IMG/VR virus record: IMGVR_UViG_3300037787_000049
Span: 1-29,459 of that record
DNA from: a virus
Lineage: Duplodnaviria > Caudoviricetes
Direction: 5' to 3' (one strand)
DNA length: 29,459 nucleotides
Below, piece after piece: positions 8,917 to 18,563 of the stretch. The notes beneath the pieces are model-generated. The model saw nothing but the letters and a program-made list of their open reading frames with translations, was not told the origin of the DNA and ran no database searches. Positions within the stretch are counted from its first letter, which is position 1. Each line of letters opens with the position of its first letter. The position numbers and the translations under genes are program-made.

Positions 8917-9441
8917 ATGCATACTTATTCCCCATTTTTTCAAACACTTTATGATGAGCAAGAGCCTGTAGGCACACTTGGTCGTGGAACACATTATTCT
9001 GTTTTACGTGCGATTGTATTCCATGACGAAAAAGGTTCTCCCTTAGCTGGAACACGTTACAAAAATGCTAATGCACAATTTCATGATTTTGCAGTTATAT
9101 GGGACGAAGATCATGATATAAGGGTCATTGAAGCTATCGAAAAAATATACGTTGCTGGACTGTTACCATTTTTTCCTTTCATTGGAGAGCGGAAAGCAAT
9201 GCTAACAGGATTAGCTTTTTCAGATTCTGAAATCCTCCGCAGTTTTGCCGCTACTCAACTTCAAGAAATCTGTAATGATATCTATAACGATTGCTGGGTA
9301 AGCGAAGTAGGTGTATTTGACCAGCCCAGCGGAATTATTGCTTCAGGTCATGAAAACGTCCTTTTGTATTTATCCAACATAAAAATGCTATGGAATTTAG
9401 GGTTAAAAGAAGTCACCTATAACTCCCCGCCGCAGGATTAA
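8917..9441 (+). CDS. AT-rich antisense moron, hypothetical protein
   Basis: 174-aa ORF with AAAGGAG RBS, opposite to the tail operon; 3' end overlaps the tape measure 3' end by 29 bp. Confidence 0.75.
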   Translation: MHTYSPFFQTLYDEQEPVGTLGRGTHYSVLRAIVFHDEKGSPLAGTRYKNANAQFHDFAVIWDEDHDIRVIEAIEKIYVAGLLPFFPFIGERKAMLTGLAFSDSEILRSFAATQLQEICNDIYNDCWVSEVGVFDQPSGIIASGHENVLLYLSNIKMLWNLGLKEVTYNSPPQD

Positions 9442-12433
9442 GGCCGTAGCGACGCTCCAGCGTTGGCGCTAAACCTTCGCCGCGTCCGATATTGCGCGAT
9501 AGATTGCCTTCCACTTCTTCTATGATGATTTTTAAATCCATGTTGCCTGCACTGTCACGGCTGACATCGGCTCTGGCCTGAGCATTGCTAGCGTTGTTTT
9601 CGACACGAACGGATACATTCACATTCGGTTTGGATTGCAATGCACCGCCCAGCAGTTTCATTTGACCTGGCGTAAAGACGGCTTCACCCTGTTTAGCAAT
9701 AATCGGCACTTCATTGCCGACAATACCGCCGGTATGAAAACGAGGCGCACCTGCAAAAACCGCCGGATTGACCGAACGCATGCGTAAGGTGTCACTGCCG
9801 ATCACACCGCCAGTATGGGCGGTGGCCGTGGAGGCTGTACCAGCACCCGCAGGCGCACCGAAGAGTGATCCTGCAATATCACCCAGAAAACCACCCAGCG
9901 CACCCGCCAATGGTTTTGTAATACTGGATTGGATTTGCATCCGCACCATGTCGGCGATGATGGAATCGGTCATGGATTTAAAATCCAATTTGCCCGTTGT
10001 GACAAAACTAACCAGCGCATCTTCCATGCTTTTAAACATAGAGGTGACGCCGCGTTCAGCCTTGCTCGCCATGTCATCAGCTTCATCAATGACACTTTGC
10101 AATCCTCGTTTAATGCCGTCTTCCCAGCTCTTGGAATTTTGCAAATCCTCATCACGAGCTTTGGCGATCATATCGTTGTAAACCGCATCCACATGCGCAG
10201 CAAAATCGGCATAGCCTGCCTTGGTGGCATCAAGTCCTGTTAAGGCCTCACTACGCCATTCACCAGCGCGTTTAATCGCCGCTGATAAAGAGGTATCCAA
10301 CGCATCATATTTCTGGCGTACATCTTCAACCAGCCGTTCACGTTCTTGCGCTAACTTATTATTTTCACGGATTGTATCTTGGTAATTTTTATCCGCTTCT
10401 TGTAATTGATAGATATCACCCACCAGCGCTTTGATCTGTTGAGCATATTCTTTTTGTTCTTCGCTTTGTGCGCCGGTGATATCCAGCCCCAAGCGGCGTA
10501 GTGCCTGATCCTGCTTATTGGCAATCATGGCACGGCGCACTGCTGTTTCGCCTTGGTTACGTGCAGCATTTAACCGTTGAAGCGCTTGTTCTTCTGCGTG
10601 CAATTCCGTGATGCGATCTGTGATACGTTTTTTATCGGCGTCCGATAATTCAGGGATAACCTCTGCTGGGGCAGATGGTGTCGGCGCATCAGGCGCAGCA
10701 ATCTTGGTCTTCGGATTACGCAATTCATCCAGCGCAGCGGCAGCTTTTTTAGCGGCACGCTCTGCTGCCAATAATGCAAAAACCTGTTGTTGTACTTCTT
10801 CGGCTTGTTCCCCGAAATCAGGATATTTGGTTGCCAGTTTGAATAACGCTTCCGAATATTCCGTTGCCGATAGCTTGCCCTGATTGAAGGCTTGGCGAAT
10901 TTGATAAAGCTCGTGCTGAAGCGGTTTTCCAAAACGACTGAATTGATCCCAAAACCCGCCAATGCCGCCGAACTTTAATTCCTTTTGCAGATCGATGATG
11001 TTTTCTTTTGCTGTTTCCAGCTGCTTTGTGAAACGGTAAACGCTCTCACTTTCGCTCAATGCCTCGCTTAAATCCGATGCAGCTTCGGCAGTTTTGCCGA
11101 GTTCTTTTTTGATCTCCTTTAATTCTTCCGCATGGTCACGGGCGGCTTTTGCCGCGGCGTCATGACCGGATGCCAGTTTCAAAACAGCAATACCTGCCAA
11201 GACGGCAAGCCCCACGGGACCACCCACCAACATTAAGGCAGAACGAAATCCCACCATCGCCAATGTTGCCAGTTTGGTTGCGGCTTCCACCGCCACCAAC
11301 CGCACGGCAAAGGCGGTAGAAATGCTGTTGGCCATGTGGAGGCCAACAATCAATCCTGCATTGCCTGCAATGGAGGCATTTAACAAAGTTACCGCACCCG
11401 CAACTGTGCGGGCAATCACCAGTCCGCCAATGGCCGTGACAGCTAAATCGGCATTCTCTATTAAAAACGCAAGGCCTTCCGCTGCTGTGGCAATGGCAGA
11501 ACCGAGTGTTTGCCCTAATTCTCGCGCGGCATCCACAACCGCAGGATCTTCGAGTGTTGCAGTCAGGGTGCGGTAACCTTGGGTCACACCATCCAAAAAG
11601 CCGGATGCGGCGATAGTGCGTTCAATCTCTAAAACAGAATTATTAAAGCGGTTCATTTCCGCGCGCGCCGTCATGGAGGCGGCAGGCACACCATCGGAGA
11701 ATGTTTTGCGGATTTCCGCAGCAAATTTCGGCAGGAAGTCCTCGGCTATCACCTGACCTTGTTCCAGCATTTTATCAAGCTCTGCCGTGGTGATACCCAT
11801 ACCACGTGCCGCAAGTTGGAATGCACCGTAAAGACGTTCACCCAATTGTCCGCGCAGCTCTTCGGCTTGAACCTTACCCTTGGACATGATTTGCCCGATG
11901 GCTCTGAGCGCACCATTGGTTTGATCAACAGAAAGCTGAAGCACGGTGGAGGCTTCGGCAATGGCGGTGAAGATCTGGCGCGTACCATCGCCCGCCAATT
12001 CCGTGCCTTTGGCGGCGGCGGCAATCTGCATATAAGATTGCGCGGTTTCCAAAAGATTTAAGCCCAAACGCTCAGCTTGTTCTTCGAGGAATTTCATTTC
12101 CTCCCGCGCACCAGCGCTTGATCCTGTAATGGTTTCCAGCGCCGTGCCTAACCCCTGAAACGCCATACCTGTTTCATTAACGGAGCGCACAGAAGAAATA
12201 ATCCCAGAAATACCCGCATAAGCCGCCACCAGTCCAGCGGCTTGGCGAAACACATTATTCAAGGCACGCGCGGTCGTATCAACAGCCTTTAAGCCTACAC
12301 TGGCAGGCTTGGTGGAACGCTCAATGCGCTCAAAAGCCTGCTCGCCCGTGCGCCCGATACGAAAAAAGGTATCCTCAACTTTTTTCCCGTCCACCACAGC
12401 AAGACGGATAGACATGTTTTTTTGTGAACGCAT
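9413..12433 (-). CDS. Tail tape measure protein
   Basis: 1006 aa, Ala-rich; ALRAIGQIMSKGKVQAEELRGQLGE tape-measure motif and lambda-type C-terminal TGKLDFKSMTDSIIAD. Confidence 0.93.
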   Translation of the reverse strand: MRSQKNMSIRLAVVDGKKVEDTFFRIGRTGEQAFERIERSTKPASVGLKAVDTTARALNNVFRQAAGLVAAYAGISGIISSVRSVNETGMAFQGLGTALETITGSSAGAREEMKFLEEQAERLGLNLLETAQSYMQIAAAAKGTELAGDGTRQIFTAIAEASTVLQLSVDQTNGALRAIGQIMSKGKVQAEELRGQLGERLYGAFQLAARGMGITTAELDKMLEQGQVIAEDFLPKFAAEIRKTFSDGVPAASMTARAEMNRFNNSVLEIERTIAASGFLDGVTQGYRTLTATLEDPAVVDAARELGQTLGSAIATAAEGLAFLIENADLAVTAIGGLVIARTVAGAVTLLNASIAGNAGLIVGLHMANSISTAFAVRLVAVEAATKLATLAMVGFRSALMLVGGPVGLAVLAGIAVLKLASGHDAAAKAARDHAEELKEIKKELGKTAEAASDLSEALSESESVYRFTKQLETAKENIIDLQKELKFGGIGGFWDQFSRFGKPLQHELYQIRQAFNQGKLSATEYSEALFKLATKYPDFGEQAEEVQQQVFALLAAERAAKKAAAALDELRNPKTKIAAPDAPTPSAPAEVIPELSDADKKRITDRITELHAEEQALQRLNAARNQGETAVRRAMIANKQDQALRRLGLDITGAQSEEQKEYAQQIKALVGDIYQLQEADKNYQDTIRENNKLAQERERLVEDVRQKYDALDTSLSAAIKRAGEWRSEALTGLDATKAGYADFAAHVDAVYNDMIAKARDEDLQNSKSWEDGIKRGLQSVIDEADDMASKAERGVTSMFKSMEDALVSFVTTGKLDFKSMTDSIIADMVRMQIQSSITKPLAGALGGFLGDIAGSLFGAPAGAGTASTATAHTGGVIGSDTLRMRSVNPAVFAGAPRFHTGGIVGNEVPIIAKQGEAVFTPGQMKLLGGALQSKPNVNVSVRVENNASNAQARADVSRDSAGNMDLKIIIEEVEGNLSRNIGRGEGLAPTLERRYGLNPAAGSYR

Positions 12434-12443
12434 GGCGGTTTAT

Positions 12444-12740
12444 TTATTCCTTATAAGCCATCAAGGCTTTGGTGATACCGGTTGATAGTGCGGGCAACAG
12501 CTCTCCCATCGCGGCCATGTCGTAACCCAGCGCTGATGCGAGGCTTAAGGCTTCGGATAGAGGAAAACTGTTTCTGATTTGAGGGGATATGCGAACGGTA
12601 ATATCCCATGCTTGAAAGCCCTCTAGGCTTTGCGGGCTGTTTTCTTCGAACGGACAGTCTTCGCAGGTTTTGGCGCAGTTCCCGCAATATCCTGCGCCGT
12701 CTCCGAAGTGCCATTCGGCGCGGCGCTCAAGTCTTTTTTT
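12444..12740 (-). CDS. Frameshifted C-terminal extension of the tail assembly chaperone (gpGT-like)
   Basis: The -1 frame after the slippery GAAAAAAAAG (12733-12742) reads [31 protein letters not shown]...EGFQAWD...ALMAYKE* and ends 10 bp before the tape measure start. Not in the ORF track. Confidence 0.75.
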   Translation of the reverse strand, partial: KKRLERRAEWHFGDGAGYCGNCAKTCEDCPFEENSPQSLEGFQAWDITVRISPQIRNSFPLSEALSLASALGYDMAAMGELLPALSTGITKALMAYKE

Positions 12741-13153
12741 TCAGCTTCGATTAACTCCCGTACGCCTGTATATTGCTGAGAAAAACTGGCAGCGATTGAC
12801 CAAAACCCTGTCATGAGCTCATCAATCTTTTCAGGGGTGACGGGTGCTTTTTCATCGCCGTCAGATTCCAAAATACCCTCCCAATCAACAATAGCCGCGC
12901 GCGCAAGACCGCGTGCCAGATATTCTTCGGCCAGCGCTTCACGAATTTCAGGATTTTCAACATCGGGAAGATCGTCCACCGACGCACCGATTTCTTTACG
13001 CTTGCGGTATTCTGCGCCTAGCTCCGTCAGGCGCTTGTTCATAAAGGCGCGCGCGGCATAGAAAATCGGGCTGGTGCATGGGCGCACTTTAACCTTCACG
13101 CCCAGACCAAGTTCAAGCCAATAGGCTTCTGTTTGAATATTGAGTTTTAACAT
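12623..13153 (-). CDS. Tail assembly chaperone (gpG-like)
   Basis: Lies between tail tube and tape measure; [11 protein letters not shown] and EAEKK motifs. Confidence 0.8.
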   Translation of the reverse strand: MLKLNIQTEAYWLELGLGVKVKVRPCTSPIFYAARAFMNKRLTELGAEYRKRKEIGASVDDLPDVENPEIREALAEEYLARGLARAAIVDWEGILESDGDEKAPVTPEKIDELMTGFWSIAASFSQQYTGVRELIEAEKKDLSAAPNGTSETAQDIAGTAPKPAKTVRSKKTARKA

Positions 13154-14094
13154 TAATAATTCTCCACATCGTTGATAAGCGTGATTGTGACCATGTTGCC
13201 CAGTACGGCATCTTTTGCGCCTTGATAGTCGTAAGAGGCTTCAATGCCATTCGGCCCCGAGATGGATCGTTTTGGCTTTGGCAAATAAACCTCATGACAT
13301 TCAATCACCAGCTGGCGATTTGCATCGATGATATAAGACAATTCCAAATCAATCGGCGTTCCAGCACGCGCCGCATCCATCAATGCAGTGTCGGCATAGC
13401 GCACAGTGATATTCCCGCTTAAGGACGCAACGCCTGGATCAACGCCATCGATCTTGCCGTCATCGCGGATGGTTTCGATACGCTCCAGATTGTTGCTATA
13501 GGTAAGTGCCGCTGAGGTGACATTCCCCAGCGCCTGACCGCCTTGTTTGACCGAGCCTTGGAATTGCGAAAAGCGTGTGTAATCTGCTTGGCTTGCGCCC
13601 GCATCACGCGTGACCGTTTGCGGTGTTTCACCCTGACCAATCAAGCCAACGGTAATTTGCGCCTCACCAGATCGGGCAAAATTAAACGCCATGCTGTTGG
13701 CACGCACGCCTGTGAAGAGCGGGAAGTCAGGAATTTCAGGCAAACCAACTTCCACCGCAATGCTGGGCAGAGTGATTGCACCAGATTTAAATTCATGGGT
13801 ATAAGGATCATCACCTGTGGTGGTTGGTGCACCAAACATGGCTTTGAGCCATAGGCCGATATTGCGAAGATCAACCGGCACAACAACATCGCCATCCACA
13901 TTGATCACATCCTGAAAAGGCGCGGTCGGATCACGACCAAGCCCCAGAACATTGGATTCAATCAACCCTTGTGCGGAGTCCAAATCGGAGGACACAAAGG
14001 GTATGACATGAAAAGCCCCCGCATTCGGGGGCGTACCATAGGTGGTTTCAAAACCAAGTAACATGCGGGCATTCCACCCGTAAGCGCGTGACAT
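13153..14094 (-). CDS. Major tail tube protein
   Basis: [16 protein letters not shown] and [11 protein letters not shown] motifs; position before the chaperone. Confidence 0.85.
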   Translation of the reverse strand: MSRAYGWNARMLLGFETTYGTPPNAGAFHVIPFVSSDLDSAQGLIESNVLGLGRDPTAPFQDVINVDGDVVVPVDLRNIGLWLKAMFGAPTTTGDDPYTHEFKSGAITLPSIAVEVGLPEIPDFPLFTGVRANSMAFNFARSGEAQITVGLIGQGETPQTVTRDAGASQADYTRFSQFQGSVKQGGQALGNVTSAALTYSNNLERIETIRDDGKIDGVDPGVASLSGNITVRYADTALMDAARAGTPIDLELSYIIDANRQLVIECHEVYLPKPKRSISGPNGIEASYDYQGAKDAVLGNMVTITLINDVENY

Positions 14095-14108
14095 ATTTTA
14101 GTCCTCCT

Positions 14109-14543
14109 TTATTGAAGTGGGTTAAGCGTTGTATATTCAAGTGTGATCGGCACGACTGCCGCCTTAATGGCGGGCGCACCGTCCACGGTTTCGGTTAAAA
14201 ATTCAGGTGAGCCGATGGACATGTAATCCACCGTACCTGAGAGAGTGGTGTCAGTGCCAAGCGTATCACCCAGCGCCACCAGCAATGCATCTAATGCCGT
14301 GTCGCGCTCATCAGGCTTTGGTTTTTGCACCAACACCTCAATTTCTGCGACATGGGCATAGTGATACCGTGTCGGGGAGAGTGTGATCTCTGGCTCTCCT
14401 GCATCGCCGTCACGTAAAATGAGCAATCCCGATGCAGGGATTTTGGTCGGTAATGGTTCATTTCTTAAAACCGCAACGCCGCTCATCTCATTTTGCAGGC
14501 ATAAAAAAAGGCCCGCTAAGGCCTGTTCTCGTTTTGATGTCAT
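14109..14543 (-). CDS. Tail terminator-like protein (gpU position)
   Basis: 144 aa, acidic, directly upstream of the tail tube. Confidence 0.65.
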   Translation of the reverse strand: MTSKREQALAGLFLCLQNEMSGVAVLRNEPLPTKIPASGLLILRDGDAGEPEITLSPTRYHYAHVAEIEVLVQKPKPDERDTALDALLVALGDTLGTDTTLSGTVDYMSIGSPEFLTETVDGAPAIKAAVVPITLEYTTLNPLQ

Positions 14544-14554
14544 GTTTGTTTATC

Positions 14555-15211
14555 CTAATCATCTGGCCAGTTTTTCAAGATCAGCCGTGGTAGTTTGTCA
14601 TACCAGCGCTTGGCTTCTTCATCGAAACGGATCAGCTTTGGTAGTTTTACTTGCGGCACAAGCCAGAACATCACAGCGGTTGAGAGATTACGGCCTGTTT
14701 TCAGGTTTCTCTGGCTGGCTTTACGAAAGCCACGCATATCGCCTGTTTTACGGCTGTAAGAGGCTTGGACATTTTCGACCACCAGCAATGATGGGCCATT
14801 GCGTCGATACACAAAGCGAAGCTTGCCATAGCGATGTTCGGGGAAGTTGGAGGGATTAATCCGCTTACTGCCCATACCTCGCTTTGGCGCATTTGGCGTT
14901 GGGATTGCCAACCACCAGCCATCTTTTGATTTAATAACCGTGCCTTCATCAAAACCAGCCATGATCTTGCTGGCTTTGGTATAAACCAGACCTGCCGCCC
15001 GAATAGAGTTCTGACCACGCGGATAAATATCACCCCGCCATGTATTGGCCATTCGCTGTCCTAAACCTAAGGAATGCACCTGACGGCGCATGGACGTTTT
15101 CAAACCATTTGTAGCTTCACGAATGCCGAGCGTCACGGCACGTTCTGCCGTTTGATATTCTTCCTTCATATATTGTTTAAGGTCACCCTCAATCGCCGCT
15201 TTCAACCGCAT
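14555..15211 (-). CDS. Neck / tail completion protein (gpZ position, DUF6441-like)
   Basis: Basic protein with WLAIPT and FWLVPQVKL motifs; alternative start at 15217. Confidence 0.7.
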   Translation of the reverse strand: MRLKAAIEGDLKQYMKEEYQTAERAVTLGIREATNGLKTSMRRQVHSLGLGQRMANTWRGDIYPRGQNSIRAAGLVYTKASKIMAGFDEGTVIKSKDGWWLAIPTPNAPKRGMGSKRINPSNFPEHRYGKLRFVYRRNGPSLLVVENVQASYSRKTGDMRGFRKASQRNLKTGRNLSTAVMFWLVPQVKLPKLIRFDEEAKRWYDKLPRLILKNWPDD

Positions 15212-15515
15212 AGGCATCCACCTTTACAATAAGATTATGCTGATCTTTGACGGGTTCGCCTTGCATGGTGTAACGCTTGCTATCCAAAACAATGGATTGA
15301 AGCGTTTTTGCATTTGGGATTTCGCTAAGGCGCACCTCAAACATATCTGTTTCCGAATGCACCCGAGCATCAAACACATCCGTGATTTTGTCAGGCAGGC
15401 GATGAATCACCAGCGCATCAATTTCCGTTGCATCCGCAAAGATGAGACGTGCCGTTTTGCCGAAACGATTAAACAGCACGTCCACCGATTTTATGGCACT
15501 ATTCCTGAACGTCAT
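15189..15515 (-). CDS. Head-tail joining protein (gpFII position)
   Basis: Likely start MTFRNSAIK at 15515; size and gene order. Confidence 0.7.
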   Translation of the reverse strand: MTFRNSAIKSVDVLFNRFGKTARLIFADATEIDALVIHRLPDKITDVFDARVHSETDMFEVRLSEIPNAKTLQSIVLDSKRYTMQGEPVKDQHNLIVKVDAYAVESGD

Positions 15516-15873
15516 CGCCCGATGCCTCATCAACCTCCAACTCTTTTTGATAAAGCTCCCACGCCTTATCCCGTGTTTCGGCGGAGATGTTTTGACCAAG
15601 AACAGCCTCTATCGCTTCCACCTTTGGTTTGCCGTTTTTGGCAAAGTCGGTTTCAGGATTGAGGATTTCAATCGCATCGATCACATCATCAATGGCGGGT
15701 TCGGGTTGCTGGATCTGGGCTGGTTTTTGCTCTGTCACAGCCGATGCATCCGCCGATTTGGCAAAGCCGCGTTCAATAAGTGACTTTGCCTCCTCATAAG
15801 AAATATCAACCGATTTGCCGGGCAGAATGGTTTTGCCATCCACATGCAGGGTAATGATTGCTGTTATCTTCAT
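15499..15873 (-). CDS. Hypothetical protein after the capsid gene (gpFI position)
   Basis: GGAGG RBS; two small domains joined by a Q/P-rich linker. Confidence 0.65.
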   Translation of the reverse strand: MKITAIITLHVDGKTILPGKSVDISYEEAKSLIERGFAKSADASAVTEQKPAQIQQPEPAIDDVIDAIEILNPETDFAKNGKPKVEAIEAVLGQNISAETRDKAWELYQKELEVDEASGDDVQE

Positions 15874-15887
15874 AATTCAATCCTCCC

Positions 15888-16928
15888 TTAGCGCACGGTT
15901 GCACAAAATGATGCGTTAGGGCGGTACGGCACAAGCAGTGGCGCAGATTGCAACAGCAACCAGCGCACAGCCGGGTCTTCCTCAAGCCATGATTTTGAGA
16001 AGAATCGCTGCGCCCGATACGCCGCTTTTTCATCTTGGATGACGCCGTAACAGCGTGTGCCTTCAAGCTGGGACGTACTGCCGATTAGAACGGTGTAATC
16101 AGGAAGCAGTTTTTGCACCTGATCTCTTTCATCGACATAACGGTCATTATAGACCCAGAAATCCAGATCACCGATTGATCCGACATAGCGGGCAAGCTCA
16201 TTGCCCTGACCAAACGCAATCGGCCCCAGATTAATGCCGGCATTGTCACGCAGGCGACGAATATCAAGCAATTTTTCAACGGAGGCATCAGCCTTAAACA
16301 CACGCCATGCCAGCGCGTCCATGACAACCGTACGGGCAACTGCGCCTGATTTCTCCTGCACCTTGGCAACCCAGTCTTCAAGGTTATTGAGCGCATTCAC
16401 GCCTGTTTCACCCCAGCGGGATGAGCCAGCCAGTGCCACGGTGAGTTCTGGATCACGCTGGAAATCAACCACCACAGTTGGGTAATCCTCACCGGCGACA
16501 GTGATTTTACCAGTTCGCAATGCCTCTGCGGCCATCACTTCTTCACGGCGGGTGAGATTTTCAAGCTGCTTGGTCAGCGTACGATTGAGATTGGCTTCAA
16601 GGCGTTGTTGCGGCGTTAATGTCCCGCCGATCTTTTCACCAATCGAGCGTTTAAGCGGACGGCTTGGATCAAAACGACGTTTGTCTTTGGCGTAAGCTGG
16701 TTTAAAGCTCTTGGTGATATAGCCTTCATCATCTACGACTTTACCCGCCACCAATGGTGACACAAATGGTGTTAAGCGTGGTTTTGATTTATCGATATCG
16801 AAGTGGATTTCCTCAGAATCTTCGGTTTGTTCCTGGCCAAAAAATACGTCCAGCAAAAATGAGCTTGGACGATCCAGCCGTTCGACCACCTTGGTCAGAA
16901 CATGGGTGCTAAAAATATCTACAGACAT
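15888..16928 (-). CDS. Major capsid protein, lambda gpE family
   Basis: FLLDVFF...LTPFVSPLVAG...FKPAYAKDK...LLQSAPL motifs. Confidence 0.93.
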   Translation of the reverse strand: MSVDIFSTHVLTKVVERLDRPSSFLLDVFFGQEQTEDSEEIHFDIDKSKPRLTPFVSPLVAGKVVDDEGYITKSFKPAYAKDKRRFDPSRPLKRSIGEKIGGTLTPQQRLEANLNRTLTKQLENLTRREEVMAAEALRTGKITVAGEDYPTVVVDFQRDPELTVALAGSSRWGETGVNALNNLEDWVAKVQEKSGAVARTVVMDALAWRVFKADASVEKLLDIRRLRDNAGINLGPIAFGQGNELARYVGSIGDLDFWVYNDRYVDERDQVQKLLPDYTVLIGSTSQLEGTRCYGVIQDEKAAYRAQRFFSKSWLEEDPAVRWLLLQSAPLLVPYRPNASFCATVR

Positions 16929-16947
16929 GGGGTGTTCTCCTTATGGG

Positions 16948-17322
16948 TTAAGATTGGTTTGAGCGAAGGAAGATGCTTTTGGAACGTAAACCAGCGCGGA
17001 TACTTTCCACCGTGTGGCCAGTGCCAAGCGTGAGTGCGTTTTCGTTAAACTCCCCGCTGAAATACACAACGGCTTGTTTATCCTCGGCGCTTGCATCGAT
17101 ATTTTCGGCCAAAATGGCATCGGGCGTTTCTGAGCCATCACTTGCACCAGAGGCGCTTAAGAAAAACTTGCCTGAAGCAGTAATGCGCCCCAGTACTGCG
17201 CCTTTGGTTAAGTTACTGCCAGAAGCAACGGTGATGATGCGTTCAATGCGAGGATATTCTCCCGCCAGTAAATTACAGGGTTTATATTCACCCTGATCGG
17301 TAAAACCTGAAGCATGTGTCAT
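16948..17322 (-). CDS. Head decoration protein (gpD-like)
   Basis: GAVLGRITASGK...DGSETPDAILA...GEFNENAL motifs; lies between protease and capsid. Confidence 0.85.
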   Translation of the reverse strand: MTHASGFTDQGEYKPCNLLAGEYPRIERIITVASGSNLTKGAVLGRITASGKFFLSASGASDGSETPDAILAENIDASAEDKQAVVYFSGEFNENALTLGTGHTVESIRAGLRSKSIFLRSNQS

Positions 17323-17351
17323 GGTTTTTGATCTCCTTTTTATTGTTGGGG

Positions 17352-17693
17352 TTAGCGGGTTGAGGCGATACGGTCGGCAACCGTATCGGCAGTGGCGATA
17401 TGATCATCCCCATCAGGGGCGATTTCAGGATTGGGGATGGACGACATCACGCGCTCAAATGAAGATGATTGCGATTTCTCTGGCTCATCCTTAGGGGCGC
17501 TCTTCATCAAATGCTGGGCATCCATGGCATTGATCTCGGTATTGAGAGCAATTTCCTGCGCCAGCTTTTGGCGACCTTCGGCAGCTTCACAGCTTAAAAT
17601 ATCCTTCAATCGCTGCTTTTCTTTGGCTGATCCTTCTGCATGCAGTGATGCAACCAGATCGGGATGATCGGTTTTCAGTTGTTCAAGGTTCAT
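17352..17693 (-). CDS. Nested in-frame scaffolding protein (Nu3-like)
   Basis: Internal AAGGAG RBS before the ATG at 17693 (MNLEQLKTDHPDL), matching the lambda C/Nu3 arrangement. Confidence 0.6.
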   Translation of the reverse strand: MNLEQLKTDHPDLVASLHAEGSAKEKQRLKDILSCEAAEGRQKLAQEIALNTEINAMDAQHLMKSAPKDEPEKSQSSSFERVMSSIPNPEIAPDGDDHIATADTVADRIASTR

Positions 17694-18563
17694 GGGCGTT
17701 TTCTCCTTTTTCGGTTGGGTTGAACTAAAAAAGCCCTCTTGCGGAGGGCTTTGGGTTTTTGGGGATGAAAGTTCTGTGATGAGGCGTTCGAGTGATCCGA
17801 TGCGATCTGCCAAACCGGCATTGACGGCATGTGCGCCAATCATCACATCACCACCGCCATAATGCTCCAGCACATGATCAGCCGTGACGGATCGGTTGCG
17901 GGCAATGGTCGAGACAAACACATCGGCCATGGCATCAATGCGCGTTTGCAACTTTGCACGACCATCATCACTGGTTGGATCAAGGCGTTTATGCGGGGAT
18001 TGCGAGGAAACAATCTCGACCGTCTCAGTGGATTCCTTGGCTGATTTTCCACGGTAAATACCAACCACACCAATTGACCCCAGCGCCGATGTTTCTGACA
18101 CCACAATTTCATCGGCGGCAGAGGAGATCCAATACGCACCCGATGCCGCATCACCGGAAGCATACGCAATGATTGGCTTTGTGCCACGTGCTTCAAAGAT
18201 CATGCTGGCCAGCTCGGACACGCCGTTCACTTCACCACCCGGGGAATCAATATCCAGAATAATCGAGCTGATCTGCGGGTTTTCAAGGGCGCTCATAAAA
18301 TCACGCGCAATCAACTCATAGCTGGACGCACCGCTGATCGCTGTAAAAATATTGGCGTAACGAAACAATGGCCCAGTCACAGGAATAATGGCCACGCCAT
18401 CACGCTCGGTGGCGTTATAGCTGTTTTGTAATTGCCGACCGAGTTTGGCAGCTACCGCTTCGGGTGCTTCATTCTCACGCGCGGCCACTTCTAAAATCGT
18501 GTGCAAGGCTGTTTCCGTGATCGCCCACGGATCACCGGTTATGCGGTTCCAGATTCTCATCAT
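17352..18563 (-). CDS. S49 family capsid maturation protease (gpC-like) with C-terminal scaffold region
   Basis: LDIDSPGGEV, AASGAYWI and GSIGV motifs. Confidence 0.92.
   Translation of the reverse strand: MMRIWNRITGDPWAITETALHTILEVAARENEAPEAVAAKLGRQLQNSYNATERDGVAIIPVTGPLFRYANIFTAISGASSYELIARDFMSALENPQISSIILDIDSPGGEVNGVSELASMIFEARGTKPIIAYASGDAASGAYWISSAADEIVVSETSALGSIGVVGIYRGKSAKESTETVEIVSSQSPHKRLDPTSDDGRAKLQTRIDAMADVFVSTIARNRSVTADHVLEHYGGGDVMIGAHAVNAGLADRIGSLERLITELSSPKTQSPPQEGFFSSTQPKKEKTPMNLEQLKTDHPDLVASLHAEGSAKEKQRLKDILSCEAAEGRQKLAQEIALNTEINAMDAQHLMKSAPKDEPEKSQSSSFERVMSSIPNPEIAPDGDDHIATADTVADRIASTR
17727..17752 (-). terminator. Intragenic terminator-like hairpin
   Basis: AAAGCCCTC-CGCAA-GAGGGCTTT plus TTT, inside the protease gene. 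Confidence 0.45.

Noticed and set aside
12451-12714. 87-aa [11 protein letters not shown] in the ORF track
   Set aside because: Wrong frame. The protein-like sequence here is the -1 frame ending at 12444.
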